Positions 61,498 to 64,000 of a stretch of DNA of 64,000 bases are shown piece after piece. Each line of letters opens with the position of its first letter. The stretch's first letter is position 1. The notes under the pieces were generated by a model. The model made no database searches, was not told where the DNA came from, and saw only the letters and a program-made list of their open reading frames with translations. This DNA comes from Gekko japonicus (taxonomy: Eukaryota), in NCBI RefSeq assembly GCF_001447785.1, contig NW_015175977.1, positions 966,984 to 1,030,983 on the forward strand, given 5' to 3'. A program made the translations under genes and the position numbers.

Positions 61498-62030
61498 CTG
61501 TTAGAAAAAGGTATATTTGTAGTTTAAATGAATGCAGGAAGAACAGTACAGAAATTAACTAAGTGAAGAACACTGCTTTCTTGAGCTGCATTTTCAAGAC
61601 CGGGAAAGGCACTGAAAGGCACTGTCATTACAATAAGACATATATTGGGACAGTAAATGCTCAAAGTGGGTGAGTGCCTGACATTTTGTTGTACACATTT
61701 TGTAGAAGGATGTTAGCAGCTCCTGTCTCATCCATCAGTGTCATTACTTACAGGGTTTCCACTATACAAAAACAAACAAACAAAACTCCAACTAAAGCAC
61801 ATCAGTGATTTTTCATACTGAATAAAGAAGATCTTAACCGTCATAGGAGTTACTAGGGATATGCATTCCCTTAAAGTGGCAGTAATAGAGATTCCAATAA
61901 TTTAACAGTATACATTCTAAGGCACACAGTATACATTCTAAGGCACACAGTTTTATGGCTTCCTGTATCTCTCTATTATTATTCTCCCCAGAACTGTGTT
62001 CTGATGTTTACTAAGGCAAAGATACTGTAC

Positions 62031-62159
62031 CATCAGTAGTCTGTGATTATCATGTAGGGTATCAGAATCCAAGTTTGGATTGATAGGCAGGATCTCATTT
62101 TTCCTCCTGTCAATGTTCTCCAGCCACAGCAACAAACCATGGCTCATCTCGTGGAAATC
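62031..62159 (-). CDS. SYNE1: Nesprin-1 exon (spectrin repeat)
   Basis: 129 bp, acceptor cacttctag, donor gtacag; DFHEMSHGLLLWLENIDRRKNEILPINPNLDSDTLHDNHRLLM. Confidence 0.96.
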
Positions 62160-62625
62160 CTAGAAGTGACAGGTGAGGGATTAAGTTTTCTATAGCAACA
62201 GGGCAAGCTCTTGAGTATCCTGAGTTTTTTTAATGCCCTGAGGCAGTATACCAGAGCCAGGTGTACTCATTCACATCCAACTGATCCAACAATGTTTATA
62301 CCTTGTTTTGAATTAGCCTTGACTGCTGCAAAATCTTACCTCTGTGCTATACTAACAGCATAAAGATGAGACATGCAAAATGTAGATTTCAGGAAGAAAT
62401 TTAGGAAATGTACAACAGATTTCACCCTGGACTTAGAAGTTGTATAAAGGTTAGGCTTCTATGAATGAAAAATGGTTCCATGCATATCTCTGCCTTCTGT
62501 CTGATATATTCAAGGCAGGATGTGATGATTCACACGGTTAGTCATTTAGGATAATGAATACAATTGGCTCTGCAACGGCTCCCAAGTGTCCCACAGGGAT
62601 GATTTTCTCATGTATCAAAACAGAC

Positions 62626-62826
62626 CTGACATTGCATCAGAGCATTCTGTAGTGAACAGCGCCACTCTTCTAACATAGTGCAAAGATGGTCCCAGCGCAT
62701 GTTCATCTGAGATAGCCGTTCCTGTAGCTTCTTATTCTCCTCACTGTCAGACTGCATAAATTCCGAGCTGCACAAGTTGATGGACAATATGATAGCTTTG
62801 CGGTTATCAACAGCTTTTTGTAGCTC
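62626..62826 (-). CDS. SYNE1: Nesprin-1 exon (spectrin repeat)
   Basis: 201 bp, acceptor cattctccag, donor gtctgt; ELQKAVDNRKAIILSINLCSSEF...MNMRWDHLCTMLEEWRCSLQNALMQCQ. Confidence 0.96.
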
Positions 62827-63605
62827 CTGGAGAATGCAAGATGGAAAGGGAAGCTTTGATATAGGAAACATACTACAGAGTTTCAAGAATAAACTAGTTC
62901 CCACTATCTCTCTCAATATTTTAACATGTAAAGACATTTACTAAGTTACTAGTTATTCCCTGTATTTAGGATGTCTGGCAGATGGACAGTAAGAGCCCAT
63001 TTTATAATGTTCCACATTTAGTGTTTACAGTACACCTCAGAATAAACCAACATCTTCAGTAATTTGGGGAAAGCAACAAGAGCTGGCTCCTTCTTAAAAG
63101 AACCTGACCGTGCATACAACCTGTGTATGAAAGGTAGGGCACAAACGATCAAGCTCATAAGAAACACAGTTTCCCACACCTTGAAAAGTGAAAAGGAGAA
63201 AACCTCTTCTGAGGTTTTGCTGCTATCAGTTTGGAACTGAACGGGATGGATAAAATTTCAGTGTTGTAGGATCTGTTAAAAAGGGAATGCCAGTTTAGGA
63301 AAAGCCCTGATTTCTCCCCAAATGTTCCATTATGGATAGAGCTGGTACCTAAGAGCAGCACAGAATTCTTCAACATAGCTTGGAAAGGTGGGGAAATCTC
63401 CAAGCAAATAAACGTAACTGCACAGTGTCCTTCACAATCACAGGAAACTGCAAAAGACAGTAGTCTGTGGCTGTGCCCTAGAACAAGCCTCTGAATTACA
63501 TTTTACAGGGAAGAACCTGTCTCTAGTAAATGAATTTAGCTCACTGTTTCAGTTAGTTCAAGTGAAACAGCTCCAGTTTGTAAGGCACGTAAAGAAACAC
63601 TAGCC

Positions 63606-63790
63606 TAGGGTTGCTAACCTCCATATGTTGCCTAGAGATCTCCCAGCATTACGACTGATCAGTTCCCTTGGAGAAAGTGGCTGTTTGAGGTGGTGAACTG
63701 TATGGCATAATCCAGCAGAGCTCCCTCCCCCTCCCTAAATCCTGGACTCCCCAGGCCCCACCCCCAAATCTCCATGAATTTCCTTAAACT
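63606..63790. mobile_element. hAT-derived short repeat (TAGGGTTGC family) fragment
   Basis: TAGGGTTGCTAACCTCCA..GAGATCTCCC..CAGTTCCCTTGGAGAAAGTGG; similar fragments at about 24140-24680, 25600-25770, 37205-37430 and 40720-40890. Confidence 0.65.
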
Positions 63791-64000
63791 GCCCCCCAAA
63801 ATAGTACCATATATTGCTGGAGATGTCTCTCATCCATTTTGGTGGGAAAGTGCTAAGCCACCTTAGCTGCAGAATGGGTACTGAATGCTAAGGTCAAAAT
63901 ACGCATGTTCAGTTTGTTCTGGTTTGGGGAATCACTGAAGAGTTAGAAGCTGTTTTTCTTACTTACTTCCTCCCATGCCCTTTTTGTCATGTGAATTCTG

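Noticed and set aside
61905-61950. 21-bp tandem duplication in a SYNE1 intron
   Set aside because: Ordinary slippage duplication about 80 bp from the donor; no evident function
1-64000. Perfect palindromic estrogen response element (GGTCAnnnTGACC) for ESR1 autoregulation
   Set aside because: Only half-sites or mis-spaced matches (for example about 30278) seen by eye; a PWM scan would be needed

Overview
Vertebrate (squamate reptile, probably a gecko; inferred from the repeat families) genomic DNA from a gapped draft assembly, with N-runs at 19163-19446, 26279-27177, 33356-33379 and 56936-57082. The window covers the conserved tail-to-tail ESR1/SYNE1 junction. On the + strand are the last two coding exons of estrogen receptor alpha (ESR1; 5117-5300 and 7574-7808) and its long 3' UTR, which has miRNA seed sites in a block that resembles the mammalian UTR. 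On the - strand are five terminal coding exons of nesprin-1 (SYNE1), ending in the KASH exon (41935-42178). The expected short penultimate SYNE1 exon is not visible and probably lies in the 56936-57082 gap. The rest is mostly nested mobile DNA: hAT and Harbinger-type MITEs with target-site duplications (TSDs); CR1, L2, RTE and RTE-X LINE pieces; Sauria, Squam2-like and Squam3-like SINEs; Gypsy LTR elements (one carrying a chromodomain and inserted into an ERV pol relic); and a Helitron 3' end. The most interesting unexplained signal is a chain of phase-2 exon-like segments on the SYNE1 strand downstream of the KASH exon (37723-37782, 36333-36368, 35757-35901). The last ends in a double stop overlapping AATAAA. 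The chain could encode a KASH-less nesprin-1 C-terminus or the end of an unannotated gene. This is a hypothesis from splice signals and reading frame only. No prokaryotic-type systems are present.
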